Shown here: in pieces, positions 18,515 through 28,092 of the stretch
How positions within the stretch are numbered: position 1 is the first letter of the stretch
Layout of the letters: each line of letters begins with the position of its first letter
NCBI GenBank assembly: GCA_963823165.1
Contig: CAWGKV010000040.1
Location: 246,877-310,876 of the forward strand
Length of the DNA: 64,000 nt
Origin: an uncultured Alphaproteobacteria bacterium
GTDB lineage: Bacteria > Pseudomonadota > Alphaproteobacteria > Rhizobiales > Beijerinckiaceae
Reading direction: 5' to 3'
Made by a program: the position numbers and the translations under genes
The notes under the pieces: generated by a model
Seen by the model: only the letters and a program-made list of their open reading frames with translations
Databases searched by the model: none
Told to the model about the DNA's origin: nothing

Positions 18515-18937
18515 TCAACGGATGAGCGGTAGAATGGCCCGGATACGGGGATCGCGCGCGTAGAGGCCGGCCCATGTCATCGCGCCCAGAAGCAGGGAAA
18601 CGATTTCCGGCGGCGATCCGAACTCACCGATGCGGACATGGGCGCAGATGGCGCCTCCCAGAAAGCCAGTCACCAGGATCGCGCCAAGGACGGCGGTGGC
18701 CGGGATGGCGTAAAGGATGGCGCAGGCGAGTATGATCGGACCCACGATACGGGTCAGGTCCATCGCGAACCCGGTTTCGTGCAACATGCTGGCGATCTGT
18801 GCCGGCGCGAAAAGCTGAATGGCGCCGTCTGTCACCAGAGCGATAACGACAAATGCGCTCATGATCCGGCCGGCCCACAGGGCGCGATCCAAGTTCACGG
18901 CTTCAGGCGCCGGATGCAGGTTCATAGTTTCAGACAT
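18515..18937 (-). CDS. DoxX-family membrane protein
   Basis: Four hydrophobic segments, GAILVTGFLGGAICAHVR and W.GLY.RDPR. Confidence 0.88.
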   Translation of the reverse strand: MSETMNLHPAPEAVNLDRALWAGRIMSAFVVIALVTDGAIQLFAPAQIASMLHETGFAMDLTRIVGPIILACAILYAIPATAVLGAILVTGFLGGAICAHVRIGEFGSPPEIVSLLLGAMTWAGLYARDPRIRAILPLIR

Positions 18938-19025
18938 TTCGTTCTCCGAGGGGGTTCACCTATCTTCGAGGCTTAGTACCTACTGTGTCTCCTGGGTATG
19001 ATAAATACCGAGGAAATGAACATAC

Positions 19026-19045
19026 TGTTCTCTCCGCGGTGAACA
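19026..19045. promoter_or_regulatory. Probable LTTR recognition dyad between doxX and lysR
   Basis: TGTTC-N10-GAACA inverted repeat in the divergent intergenic region. Confidence 0.4.
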
Positions 19046-19061
19046 ATGCCAAGGCGCGAAA

Positions 19062-19967
19062 ATGCAGAATCTCGAGCCCATCCTCATTTTCATAACGGTA
19101 GCGGAAATGGGGAGCTTCACCCGCGCAGCCGATAGCCTGGGCATTCAAAAGGGAAGGGCCTCATCGGCGGTCCGGAAACTGGAAGACAATGTCGGCGCCA
19201 GGCTTCTGCACCGGACGACGCGCAGCGTGCAGTTAACGGAAGACGGACGGGTATTTCACGCACGCGCCCGCGATCTGCTTGCTGACGTTGATGATCTGCA
19301 CTCGATGTTTGCAGGTGACCGAGTGGCGGTTCGCGGGCGTTTGCGGGTTGATCTGCCGAGCGAGCTGGCGCGCACGACTTTCGTGCCGGCCTTGCCGGCT
19401 TTCATGGCGACTTATCCCGAGTTGGAGCTGGAGGTGTCGAGTACGGATCGGCAAGTTGATCTGGTTCAAGAGGGGTTTGACTGCGTATTGCGACTTGGTC
19501 CCATCGGGGACGAGACGCTGATTGCCCGCCCGCTGGGCAAGTTGCGCATGGTCAACGCCGCCAGTCCCGCCTACCTGGCGCGCTATGGCGTCCCTCGATC
19601 GCTCAAAGATCTGCAGCATCAGGAACATCGGGCAATTCATTTCGCGAGGGCGCTCGGCGCAAAGCCCTATGGATGGGAGTATCGGGACGGCGACAGCTAC
19701 GCGACGCTTCAGTTGCCAGGCGCGCTGCAGGTGAACAGCGTGCAGACTTACGAAGCCGCTGGTGTCGCTGGTCTTGGCCTGATTCAGGCGCCAATGTTGG
19801 CGATTGGCCAATACTTGGAGACTGGAGCGTTGATAGAGCTTCTGCCAGATTTTCAGCACAGGCCGCTCGACGTCTCCCTGGTCGTAGCGCATCGGCGCAA
19901 CCTGTCGCGCCGAGTCCGCGCATTCATGAAATGGATCGAAAATGTGCTCGCGCCCTACATGGAATAG
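19062..19967 (+). CDS. LysR-family transcriptional regulator (CrgA/DmlR-like)
   Basis: GSFTRAADSLG HTH, LLHRTTRSVQLT, VDLVQEGFDCVLR. Divergent from doxX-nmrA. Confidence 0.95.
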   Translation: MQNLEPILIFITVAEMGSFTRAADSLGIQKGRASSAVRKLEDNVGARLLHRTTRSVQLTEDGRVFHARARDLLADVDDLHSMFAGDRVAVRGRLRVDLPSELARTTFVPALPAFMATYPELELEVSSTDRQVDLVQEGFDCVLRLGPIGDETLIARPLGKLRMVNAASPAYLARYGVPRSLKDLQHQEHRAIHFARALGAKPYGWEYRDGDSYATLQLPGALQVNSVQTYEAAGVAGLGLIQAPMLAIGQYLETGALIELLPDFQHRPLDVSLVVAHRRNLSRRVRAFMKWIENVLAPYME

Positions 19968-20100
19968 CGAAACGAACCGCTTCCTCCGGCCGAAAACACC
20001 AAGGCCACAAGGCTGGAACTTTCGTGCGAAGCGGGTCGGCGCCGCCGGTGGCCAACCACAGGACGAGGATGGGTTGGCGCCGGCTTGAAATCCTCGCGCG

Positions 20101-20805
20101 CTAGCGTCCCGGCCCCCGAAAAAAGTCGAGCAGCATCGGCTCCTCGAACATGAAGTCACCTTTGTCCGTGCGGCCGGCCTCGAACAGGGCGCGCACTTCG
20201 TCAGTCTCGACCCGCTCGCGCCGGATGTTGTTGAAGGTCTGGCTGATCGCCTGCGCGACCAGGGCCTCGAAGTTGGCGTAGCGCCGATACTGGACATAAC
20301 GGAAGCGCTCGAATTCCCGAAACAACAGCCTTGCGCTTCCTTCGAGCGCCGCCTGCGCCGCGTTGCGCACTTGCGTCTCGTCGTGGAACGGACGGATGAG
20401 CGGGAAGTGAGCTCCCTCCATTCCCGGCTCGATCACGCAGAGGAAGCCGCTTTCGGGCTTCAGCGCTCGCGCCGCTTCGGCGAGCGCGGCCTCCATCGCG
20501 TCGATCGGCACGTGATGCAGGGAGCGGAAGAAGAACACGCCGTCCGCCGAGCCGGAGGCCACGGGCAGGTTCTCCGCCCGCGCCTCGACGAAGGCGACGC
20601 CTGCCGGCGCTTCGGGCTCGCGGTTCTTCGACGCCTGGATCGGGTCGGGCTCGACGCCGAGGACGCTTGCGCCGAGCGCGGCGAGCTCCCGCGACGTTCG
20701 GCCGGCGCCGCAGCCGACGTCGACGACGGTGAGCCCCGAGAGCGAGGTCAGCGCGGCGACCGCTTCTGCGTCGGCGCGTTCGCCGAGATGCTTGCGTTCG
20801 ATCAT
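20101..20805 (-). CDS. Class I SAM-dependent methyltransferase
   Basis: VVDVGCGAG, FVEARAENLP, FFRSLHHV. Confidence 0.9.
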   Translation of the reverse strand: MIERKHLGERADAEAVAALTSLSGLTVVDVGCGAGRTSRELAALGASVLGVEPDPIQASKNREPEAPAGVAFVEARAENLPVASGSADGVFFFRSLHHVPIDAMEAALAEAARALKPESGFLCVIEPGMEGAHFPLIRPFHDETQVRNAAQAALEGSARLLFREFERFRYVQYRRYANFEALVAQAISQTFNNIRRERVETDEVRALFEAGRTDKGDFMFEEPMLLDFFRGPGR

Positions 20806-20896
20806 TGCGCGCCCTCCTGCGTTCGTCCGCCCCGCATGTAGCCACGCGTCATGCCGCGGGCAATGCCGTGCCGCGGGCGATTGCATGAGGGCGTCT

Positions 20897-21023
20897 CCCC
20901 CTCCACCGGCCTTCGGCCGGTCCTCCCCCATTCCGCTGTCGCTCCATGGGGAGGATGGCGCCCGCGCGCAATCCTCCACCGCGAAGCGGGGGAGGGGGAC
21001 CACGCGCAGCGTGGCGGAGGGGG
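20897..21023. repeat. CIR/REP-like intergenic inverted repeat
   Basis: CCCCCTCCACCGGCCTTCGGCCGGTCCTCCCCC ... GGGGGAGGGGGACCACGCGCAGCGTGGCGGAGGGGG: paired arms, each with an internal hairpin. Confidence 0.7.
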
Positions 21024-21029
21024 CTGACG

Positions 21030-22727
21030 TCAGCCGGTCCGCGCCCGCTCGGAAGCGCGCAAATCCTTCTTGGAAATCTTTCCAACTGCCGTCTTCGGCA
21101 GTTCGTCGCGGATCTCGAGCGCGCCGATCATCTCGTGCTTGCCGAGCCGGTCCTTGAGGAATTCCTTCAGCTCTTCGAGCGTCAGCGGCGCCGCCCCGGC
21201 CTTGAGCTTGACGAAGGCCATCGGCTTCTCGCCGCGATAGGCGTCGGGAACGCCGATCACGCTCGCCTCCTCGACCGACGGGTGCTGGTAGATCGCCTCC
21301 TCGATATTGCGCGGATAGACGTTGAAGCCGCCGACGAGCAGCATGTCCTTGGTGCGGTCGACGATAAAGACGTAGCCGTCCTCGTCCATAGCGCCGACGT
21401 CGCCGGTGCGGAAGAAACCGTCGGAGGTCATCGCCTCGCGGGTCGCATCCGGTTTCTTCCAGTAGCCCTTCATCACGTTCGGGCCCCGGACGCAGATTTC
21501 GCCGCGCTCGCCGAGCGCGACTTCGCGGGAGGGGTCGGCGACGTCGACGAACTTCATTTCGACGCGCGGCATGGGAATGCCGCATGAGCCCGGCTTCACG
21601 GGGCCCCGCCGCGGCGTGAACGTGCCGACGGGCGAGGTTTCCGACATGCCCCATCCTTCGGTCAGCCGGCAGCCGGCGACGGCCTGAAACGTCTCCTGCA
21701 CCGCGACCGGCAGGGGCGCGCCGCCCGAAGCGCAGAACTTGAGCGAGGAGAAGTCATATTTCTCGATGCCGGGGAGGTTGAGGAGGGCGACGTGCATGGT
21801 CGGGACGCCCGGGAAGACCGTGATCTTTTTCAGCGCGATGTCCTTCGCCACCGCCGGCGGATCGAAACGCGGATGGAGGACGAGCTCGGCGCCCATCCGC
21901 AAACCGAGGAGCATGACCGCCGAAAGCCCGTAGATGTGAAAGAGAGGCAGCACACAAAGCGTGCGCTCCTCGCCCTCGATCATGCTGGGAGGATCGGTGC
22001 GCGTCGCGGTCTCCATGTATTGTACGCAGGCGGTCGTCAGATTGGCGTGGGTCAGCATCGCGCCCTTGGGCGAGCCGGTCGTGCCGCCGGTGTATTGGAT
22101 GACCGCGAGCGCCTCGCGCACATCTCCGAGGTCATGGGCCTCGTAGCGCCCGTCATTGTCGAGGAGGTCGCGGAACGCGATGCGGCGCTCGTCGTGTTTG
22201 ACTTCCGACAGCATGCCCTGCGCCGTCATGAACGCCTTCACCGGACCCGGAGCGAGCGCGAATTCGGCAAACTCGCCGACGACGAGCCTCTTCAGCCGCG
22301 TCGAGGCGAGAAGCTTCTCCGCCTGCGGATAGAGCGAAGCGAGGTCGAGGGTGACGAGGATGTCCGTCTCGCTGTCCTCGATCTTGAGTTCAAGCGTCTT
22401 GAGCGCGTCGAGCGGTGAATAATTGACGACCGTCCCGCCGGCCTTGAGCGCGCCGAAAAAGGCGATCGGGTAGTGGGGCGTGTTGGGAAGATAGAGGCCG
22501 ACATGCACGCCCGGCCCGACGCCGAGCTTCTGGAAGCCTGCCGCCGCCCGGTCGGAGAGCGCTTCGAGCTCCGCGTAAGCGATCCGCCTGTCCATGAACT
22601 GCAGAGCGGGACGCGGGCCGAAGCGGCTCGCTGACCGGGCGAGGACATCTTGCACAGGCGACGGCTCGATTGGCAGATCCCAGCGGACGCCCTCGGGATA
22701 GGACTTCAACCACGGATGAGCGTTCAT
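21030..22727 (-). CDS. Long-chain-fatty-acid--CoA ligase (FadD-like)
   Basis: QYTGGTTGSPKG, EGWGMSET, FFRTGDVG, DRTKDMLLVGGFNVYPRNIE. Confidence 0.95.
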   Translation of the reverse strand: MNAHPWLKSYPEGVRWDLPIEPSPVQDVLARSASRFGPRPALQFMDRRIAYAELEALSDRAAAGFQKLGVGPGVHVGLYLPNTPHYPIAFFGALKAGGTVVNYSPLDALKTLELKIEDSETDILVTLDLASLYPQAEKLLASTRLKRLVVGEFAEFALAPGPVKAFMTAQGMLSEVKHDERRIAFRDLLDNDGRYEAHDLGDVREALAVIQYTGGTTGSPKGAMLTHANLTTACVQYMETATRTDPPSMIEGEERTLCVLPLFHIYGLSAVMLLGLRMGAELVLHPRFDPPAVAKDIALKKITVFPGVPTMHVALLNLPGIEKYDFSSLKFCASGGAPLPVAVQETFQAVAGCRLTEGWGMSETSPVGTFTPRRGPVKPGSCGIPMPRVEMKFVDVADPSREVALGERGEICVRGPNVMKGYWKKPDATREAMTSDGFFRTGDVGAMDEDGYVFIVDRTKDMLLVGGFNVYPRNIEEAIYQHPSVEEASVIGVPDAYRGEKPMAFVKLKAGAAPLTLEELKEFLKDRLGKHEMIGALEIRDELPKTAVGKISKKDLRASERARTG

Positions 22728-22920
22728 CGGCTTCCTTCTGTCTCGTCCTGATTGGTGTTTCGTCTCCGGGAGGAACCAGAGCGCCGTTGGGGGCGCCAGA
22801 TGACCCTCCGGCCAGTGGGCCGTCAAGCCTGAGTCAACGTTCGAGCGCGAGACGCGTTGCGCGCTCCGCCGGGCCGTAGCAGGATCGAGAGGTCGTAAAG
22901 GTTTTTTGGAGGATCGAGCA

Positions 22921-23628
22921 ATGGCGGACGAGAATCCCGTTTGCGCCGTGGTCGGCGTCGGCCCCGGCAACGGCGAAGCCTTCGCAAGGCGCTTCTCCGC
23001 CGACGGCTACGCCGTCGCGCTGATGGCGCGGCGGGCGGACCTCACCGCGAAACTCGCCGGGGAGCTCCCGCGCGCCAAAGCCTATTCCTGCGACGTCGCC
23101 GACGCGGCGTCGGTCGCAAGCGCCTTCGAGCGCACGCGAGCCGAGCTCGGCGACGTCGACGTCCTCGTGTTCAATGCGGGCTCCGGCGTCTGGGGCTCGA
23201 TCGAGGACGTGTCGCCGGAAGATTTCGAGCGGGCCTGGCGGGTGAATACGCTCGGGCTGTTCCTCGCGGCGAGGCAGGTCATTCCGGCGATGCGCCGCCG
23301 GGGCAGGGGCGCGATCGTCGTCGTCGGGGCGACCGCCTCCCGGCGCGGCGTCGCGGGCACGGCGGCCTTCGCTCCCGCCAAGATGGCGCAGCGCGGGCTC
23401 GCCGAGTCGATGGCGCGGCATCTCTGGCCGGCGGGCATCCATGTCGGGCTCATCGTCGTCGACGGGGTCGTCGGCGGCCCGGTGACGCGGTCGCGGTTCG
23501 CCGACCGGGCGGAGGACACGTTCATCGCCCCTGCCGGCGTGGCCGACATCGCCGCGAGCCTCGTCAGGCAGGACCGCTCGGCCTGGAGCTTCGAGGTCGA
23601 GGCGCGGCCCTATGCGGAGAAGTGGTAG
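22921..23628 (+). CDS. SDR oxidoreductase
   Basis: VGVGPGNG, VFNAG, GATASRRG, FAPAK. Confidence 0.9.
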   Translation: MADENPVCAVVGVGPGNGEAFARRFSADGYAVALMARRADLTAKLAGELPRAKAYSCDVADAASVASAFERTRAELGDVDVLVFNAGSGVWGSIEDVSPEDFERAWRVNTLGLFLAARQVIPAMRRRGRGAIVVVGATASRRGVAGTAAFAPAKMAQRGLAESMARHLWPAGIHVGLIVVDGVVGGPVTRSRFADRAEDTFIAPAGVADIAASLVRQDRSAWSFEVEARPYAEKW

Positions 23629-23986
23629 GATCGAGGCGGCCGAGCATATGCCGGGGCCCGTGCGCCGGTTGGCTGTGCGCGAACGGTTTCAACGTCTTAG
23701 GTGTGAAAATCTGTCGCTGCTTTGGGGTTGCCGGTTGCTCTGGACTTATCGACGTCGAGGAGGCGCCAAGCCGGAAACTTCTGAATAGCAGAATACGTTT
23801 TGGCGTTCAGACGGAAAATCCATATTCGGATTTCGAGCGCGAGCCTCGATCCGTTCCTCCTCTGCCTGACAGCCGCCAAATAATCCGCATGCGGTATTGA
23901 CCACGCCGCCCGGTCTGAACGCCGCGCTTATCCCCGCCTCGTTGGCGGCGGTCATTTCCTACGGCTCCTTGGCTGCGCGGCGCGTC

Positions 23987-24688
23987 TCAATCGGGACCAG
24001 CCAGCAGCCGCGGCAGCTCCGCCAGCGTGCGGACCTCGGCGTCCGGCGCGCCCGGCAGACGCTCGCGGGGCTGGCCCTTGCGGTTGCACCACACGGCGCG
24101 CATGCCGAAGTCCGAGGCGCCGAAGGCGTCCCAGCCGTTGGACGACTGGAAGGCGATCGCCTGCGCCGGCAGACCGAGCGCATCGAGCGCGAGCTGGTAG
24201 ACCTTCGGATGGGTCTTGAATGCGCCGACCGCGTCGGCCGACAGGACAGCGTCGAACATGTCGGCGAGCCCCGCGCGCTGAACGAGCGCCTCCAGCATCG
24301 CCGGCGACCCGTTGGACAGGATCGCCGTCTTAAGTCCGCGCGCCCGCAGCGCTCGCAAAACCTCGGGGACCTCGGGGAACGGCTCGAGGCCGAGATAAAG
24401 CTCCATCAGGCGGGCGTGCAGGCCCGGCGCTTCGAGGCCAAGGCTCTCGAGCGCGAAGTCGAGCGCGTCGCCGGTGACCTGCCAGAAGTCGGCGTAGCGG
24501 TTCTGCAAAGTTCTAAGCCAAGTGTATTGCAGCTGCCTGTCGCGCCACAGCGCGGTGAGCGCCTCGCGCTTCTCCGCCGGCGCCTCCTCGCAGCGCTGGG
24601 CGGCGGAGGCGAAGTCGAACAAAGTGCCATAGGCGTCGAAAACGCAGGCGCGCACGCCTTCAAAACGGCTAACGGAAGGGATCGTCAT
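23987..24688 (-). CDS. Haloacid dehalogenase type II (L-2-haloacid dehalogenase-like HAD)
   Basis: FDAYGTL, WRDRQLQYTW, ILSNG, FKTHPKVY, SSNGWD. Confidence 0.92.
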   Translation of the reverse strand: MTIPSVSRFEGVRACVFDAYGTLFDFASAAQRCEEAPAEKREALTALWRDRQLQYTWLRTLQNRYADFWQVTGDALDFALESLGLEAPGLHARLMELYLGLEPFPEVPEVLRALRARGLKTAILSNGSPAMLEALVQRAGLADMFDAVLSADAVGAFKTHPKVYQLALDALGLPAQAIAFQSSNGWDAFGASDFGMRAVWCNRKGQPRERLPGAPDAEVRTLAELPRLLAGPD

Positions 24689-26541
24689 GATGGTCTCCCG
24701 ATGGGCGCAGGGCTTCCTCGACCGGCGGAGACGCGGGCAAGCTCGCTTTGCAGGACGTCGATCCGCTCGCGCAGCATCATGCTTTCGACCTCCCCATAGG
24801 AGACTTCCGCGTCGCGAGCCAGGCGGCCCAAAAGCTCCTGCTCGGCCTCGTCGAGATCGGTCCCCTCCTCGTGTCCGCCGTACAGCAGCAGCGCGTAGCA
24901 TCGCCGCGGGTTTCCGACAGGCACGCCAAGCACCGGCCGCGCCAGATCAGCGGGAAGCCGGGCGTCCGGCGGATCGGCGCCGCGCCCGAGAAGCCGAAAC
25001 GGCCCGTCGTCGAGCCGTCCGGTGAGCGGCGGCTCCGCCGGGGCAAGCCGGTCGGCGTCCGCGGCTCCCCATCCCACGCTCGCGCGGCGGCGGAGGCCTC
25101 CGTCCTCCTCGCGGAACAGCGCCGCCGAAGCCAGGCGTAGCGACCGCGAAGGTTCATCCACCAGCAGGCGATCGACTTCTTCGAGGCTGTCGGCCCACTG
25201 GATCCTTCGGCCGATCTCGGCGAGATGATGCTCCGCACGACGGAAATTCCGGTCGAACAGCCGGTCCGCGAGCTCCGTCAGCCATTCGTGCGCGCGGGAG
25301 ATCAGGAAGATCAGCGCAGAGGCGGCCAACACCCAGGCCCATTCCGGCAGGTTCGTCCATTCGTTGATCGTGTTCAGCTCTTCATGAACGAAGAACGCTG
25401 GCACGCTGAGCAGGAGACCGAGCGCGGTCGCCCGCCGCAGCGGAACCCATACGCTGACGACGGTCGGCCGGCGCACCGCCTCCACCGCGAAAAGGCACAA
25501 GATCCCGTTGACGAGGTAGAAGAGTCCGGTCACGTCTTCCGTCACCGGGCCCTCGCCGAACAGAGTCGCGGGCAGTGAAGTCTCCATCGAGACCTCGGCG
25601 ATGAGATAAGCCGGCAGCCCGATGAGGCAGCCCCAGATCACCCAGCGGATCCGCTGGTAATCCCGTGGCGCCAGATCCCTGCGGCGACCGAGCAGAATTC
25701 CGACCGCCGCGATACTGACCGCGAAGCCGGTCAGGATCGACGCCTGCATGGCGAACTCGGTCCGGTAGCCGAAGGCGCTTCCGAGGCTGATAAGCGCGAC
25801 CGCGAGGAACAAGACCGCGAGCGCGGGGAGGGCCCGCTCGATCATGCGCCACCGACCTTCGCACCGGTCGACGGGCGCCCGCAACGCGAAGAGCAACAGT
25901 CCGGTGTAGCCGGCCGCCTGCAGGACGCAGGACGCGACGTCCTGCGCGAGCAGCGCCCGCGGCCATTGCTGGAGCCAAGCGTAGAACTGGAACCACTGGC
26001 CGGGATTGAAATAAATCGTATAGGCGAAGAAGCCCCAGGTCATCGGCCCGGGCCTGATCCATACGAGATAGGCGGCGCCGAGTACGACGAGAACGCCGGC
26101 GGCCTGCTGGATGAGCAGAACAGCGTCGAGCGCCAACGAGCGCGGCCGGGGAGTGGCGGCGAGACTGACTTTGCGAGCCGGGCGGCCGTCACTCGGGGCA
26201 ATGATGAGGCTCGCTCCGCGGCCGGGCACGACGTAGGTGACGCCGCCCCACAAGGTGAGGGTGCTCGCGCAGATATCGGTGTCGACGGGGACGCAGCGCA
26301 TGGCGGCCAGGTCGATACGGTCTCCGACGCGCAGTCCCGCCCGCCAGGCCGGCGAGTCCTCTTCGGTCGCGAACGGGCCCTTGACGTCGTAGATCAACCC
26401 GTCGGCGTTGGTCGCGAAGCCGAAGGATCCGAGAGGCCGCGCGAGCCGGGCGAAATCGGGTGCGATGATCGCCAGGGCGTAGAGGGTCAAGAGCGCCAGC
26501 AGGGCGCGCCCGAGGAGTTTGGAGCCGTTCCGTTCGCTCAT
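24685..26541 (-). CDS. Multi-pass membrane protein: PDZ-like domain, ~8 TM helices, GAF-like domain, no output domain
   Basis: N-terminal TM, SPAWRAGLRVGDRI (PDZ-like), a run of hydrophobic helices, a GAF-like C-terminus (ASAALFREE...VLGVPVG...LLGRLA) and a short coiled coil. The stop overlaps the HAD ATG. Confidence 0.75.
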   Translation of the reverse strand: MSERNGSKLLGRALLALLTLYALAIIAPDFARLARPLGSFGFATNADGLIYDVKGPFATEEDSPAWRAGLRVGDRIDLAAMRCVPVDTDICASTLTLWGGVTYVVPGRGASLIIAPSDGRPARKVSLAATPRPRSLALDAVLLIQQAAGVLVVLGAAYLVWIRPGPMTWGFFAYTIYFNPGQWFQFYAWLQQWPRALLAQDVASCVLQAAGYTGLLLFALRAPVDRCEGRWRMIERALPALAVLFLAVALISLGSAFGYRTEFAMQASILTGFAVSIAAVGILLGRRRDLAPRDYQRIRWVIWGCLIGLPAYLIAEVSMETSLPATLFGEGPVTEDVTGLFYLVNGILCLFAVEAVRRPTVVSVWVPLRRATALGLLLSVPAFFVHEELNTINEWTNLPEWAWVLAASALIFLISRAHEWLTELADRLFDRNFRRAEHHLAEIGRRIQWADSLEEVDRLLVDEPSRSLRLASAALFREEDGGLRRRASVGWGAADADRLAPAEPPLTGRLDDGPFRLLGRGADPPDARLPADLARPVLGVPVGNPRRCYALLLYGGHEEGTDLDEAEQELLGRLARDAEVSYGEVESMMLRERIDVLQSELARVSAGRGSPAPIGRPS

Positions 26542-26585
26542 CCCGGCGTCCGCATCCGCCGCCCCCGCCGTCCGTCGACCTGAAG

Positions 26586-27134
26586 CTACCCGCCCCGCAG
26601 GTCCTTGTACATGATCCGCGTGGCGTCGTACCGCTCCTCGAAGGCGTTGCGGGCGTAGAACGGGATGGCTCCGGCGAGCTGATAGCCGAGCGAACGGTAG
26701 AGCGCTTCGGCCGCGTCGCCTGCGGTGTCGAGGGTCAGGAGCCAGCGGCCGTCCTCGGCAGCGCGCCGCTCGATCTCCGCCATGAGCGAACGGGCGACGC
26801 CGGCGCGGCGGAAATTCGGATCGACCAGAACCTTGGAGATTTCGGCGTGATGGCGCTTGCTCGGCATAGAGTCGAGATCGAGTTGTGCGGTTCCGACGAC
26901 GTCGCCGCCGAGAGCGGCGACGAGAACGAGCTTGCCCCCCGCGGCGTGCGCCGGGGCGACCTTGTCGCGCCAGTAGGCGCTGGCCTCGTCCATCTCGAAC
27001 GGCGGGACGAAGCCGACGCTCGCGCCCTCCAGCACGCAAGCGCGCAGGATCTCGGCGAGGCGGTCGAGGTTTCGTGCAAAGGCGTCGGGGCCGAGGGCGG
27101 CGACGGCGATTGGGGTGGCGGGGTAGTGGTCCAG
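26586..27134 (-). CDS. GNAT acetyltransferase (TabR/YjgM-like), start codon uncertain
   Basis: ISKVLVDPNFRRAGVA (motif A), LTLDT, LYRSLGY. Homology-like sequence runs upstream of the GTG at 27035 with no ATG; CTG 27134 is the first possible start. Confidence 0.8.
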   Translation of the reverse strand: MDHYPATPIAVAALGPDAFARNLDRLAEILRACVLEGASVGFVPPFEMDEASAYWRDKVAPAHAAGGKLVLVAALGGDVVGTAQLDLDSMPSKRHHAEISKVLVDPNFRRAGVARSLMAEIERRAAEDGRWLLTLDTAGDAAEALYRSLGYQLAGAIPFYARNAFEERYDATRIMYKDLRGG

Positions 27135-27158
27135 TTTGAAAATCCGGCCGAGACCTTT

Positions 27159-27602
27159 CTAGTTGTCCTCTTGCGTTTCTTGGTCTCGCCTTGAGTGACC
27201 TCGGAAAAAATCCACGGTCCACGCGAGAGACTCGGATCTTCCCGTGAATACGATGCTAAAGATAGTTGCAACCGCAGCGCAAACCAGGAAGAACACCAAC
27301 CCAGGCCCGACCCCAGAGTATGCCGTTATGAACGCAAAACAAATGAGCATTGTGCAACAAACAATTCCAGCAAGCACGGCTCCAGCGACGTATCTAGTCG
27401 TGTCGTGCCCGACAGAGTTCTGAGCGGCATCAACCAGCTTCTCCGCAAGGGCGGGGTTCTGCTCCGCTAGACGCTGCAATGCGGAAATGTTCGAAGAGTG
27501 AATGTTCAACGTGTCGGTTTGTAAAGATACGTGAATCGACTGGTGTGAAAGACCGTCACCAGTATCCTGTCCCGGAGGGACCCGCCCGTTCTCATTTTTC
27601 AT
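27159..27602 (-). CDS. Hypothetical 147-aa protein with two C-terminal TM helices
   Basis: Helical soluble N-terminus (ALQRLAEQNPALAEKLV) followed by two hydrophobic segments. Low-GC codons; overlaps the upstream ORF. Confidence 0.7.
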   Translation of the reverse strand: MKNENGRVPPGQDTGDGLSHQSIHVSLQTDTLNIHSSNISALQRLAEQNPALAEKLVDAAQNSVGHDTTRYVAGAVLAGIVCCTMLICFAFITAYSGVGPGLVFFLVCAAVATIFSIVFTGRSESLAWTVDFFRGHSRRDQETQEDN

Positions 27603-27972
27603 CGATTATTTTGTGTGCAAGAAGCGCTTTGGCGATTGCATCGTTAACAGAAAGCGTTTTCCCGAGCGCCTGATCGAATGCACTATCTCGTTCGCCTTTC
27701 TGGCGGTGGATAACCGATGTTACCGCTCGCACGAATGCCCTCAGCGTTACCACGTCGATAGCACCTTGCAGCGCCGAGTCGGGAGCGCGCACGACAACTT
27801 CCTCGCTAGAGGCGTCAAGCGATCTAGTCTCCGAATCCTCATGGCGGGCTCGATCAGGGACTGAGAGCATTTCGGCCTTCTTATCAGCGTGAACTGATGG
27901 ATAAAGACTCCCTCTGGAGCGCTTTGTTCCGAGGTATCCAAGCCAGCTTGCTACAAGTGACACAATCGCCAC
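27592..27972 (-). CDS. Hypothetical ~125-aa protein (start may be GTG 27963)
   Basis: GGGAGG RBS and TTGACA promoter immediately upstream. Low GC; 11-bp overlap with the next ORF. Confidence 0.6.
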   Translation of the reverse strand: MAIVSLVASWLGYLGTKRSRGSLYPSVHADKKAEMLSVPDRARHEDSETRSLDASSEEVVVRAPDSALQGAIDVVTLRAFVRAVTSVIHRQKGERDSAFDQALGKTLSVNDAIAKALLAHKIIDEK

Positions 27973-27979
27973 CTCCCGT

Positions 27980-28092
27980 AGATTGAGAGTGGCCGGAAAA
28001 TTGTCAAGGAAAAGTTAGGTGACTCTTAAAAGCTTGAAATATCTAACAAATTATTGCGGCATACCAGAGTTGTCCGGTTAACGATTGCTTAA
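27980..28092 (-). promoter_or_regulatory. Sigma70-type promoter with two upstream CtrA boxes
   Basis: Minus strand: TTAA-GCAATCG-TTAAC (28092-28077, perfect), TTAA-GAGTCAC-CTAAC (28029-28014, one mismatch), and TTGACA (28007-28002)-N16-CAATCT. Confidence 0.65.

Noticed and set aside
23690-23880. AT-richer intergenic tract as another copy of the 8.9/54 kb repeat
   Set aside because: Only short patchy similarity (GTGAAAA.CTGTCG; ATTCT.GCTATTCAG), insufficient without a computed alignment.
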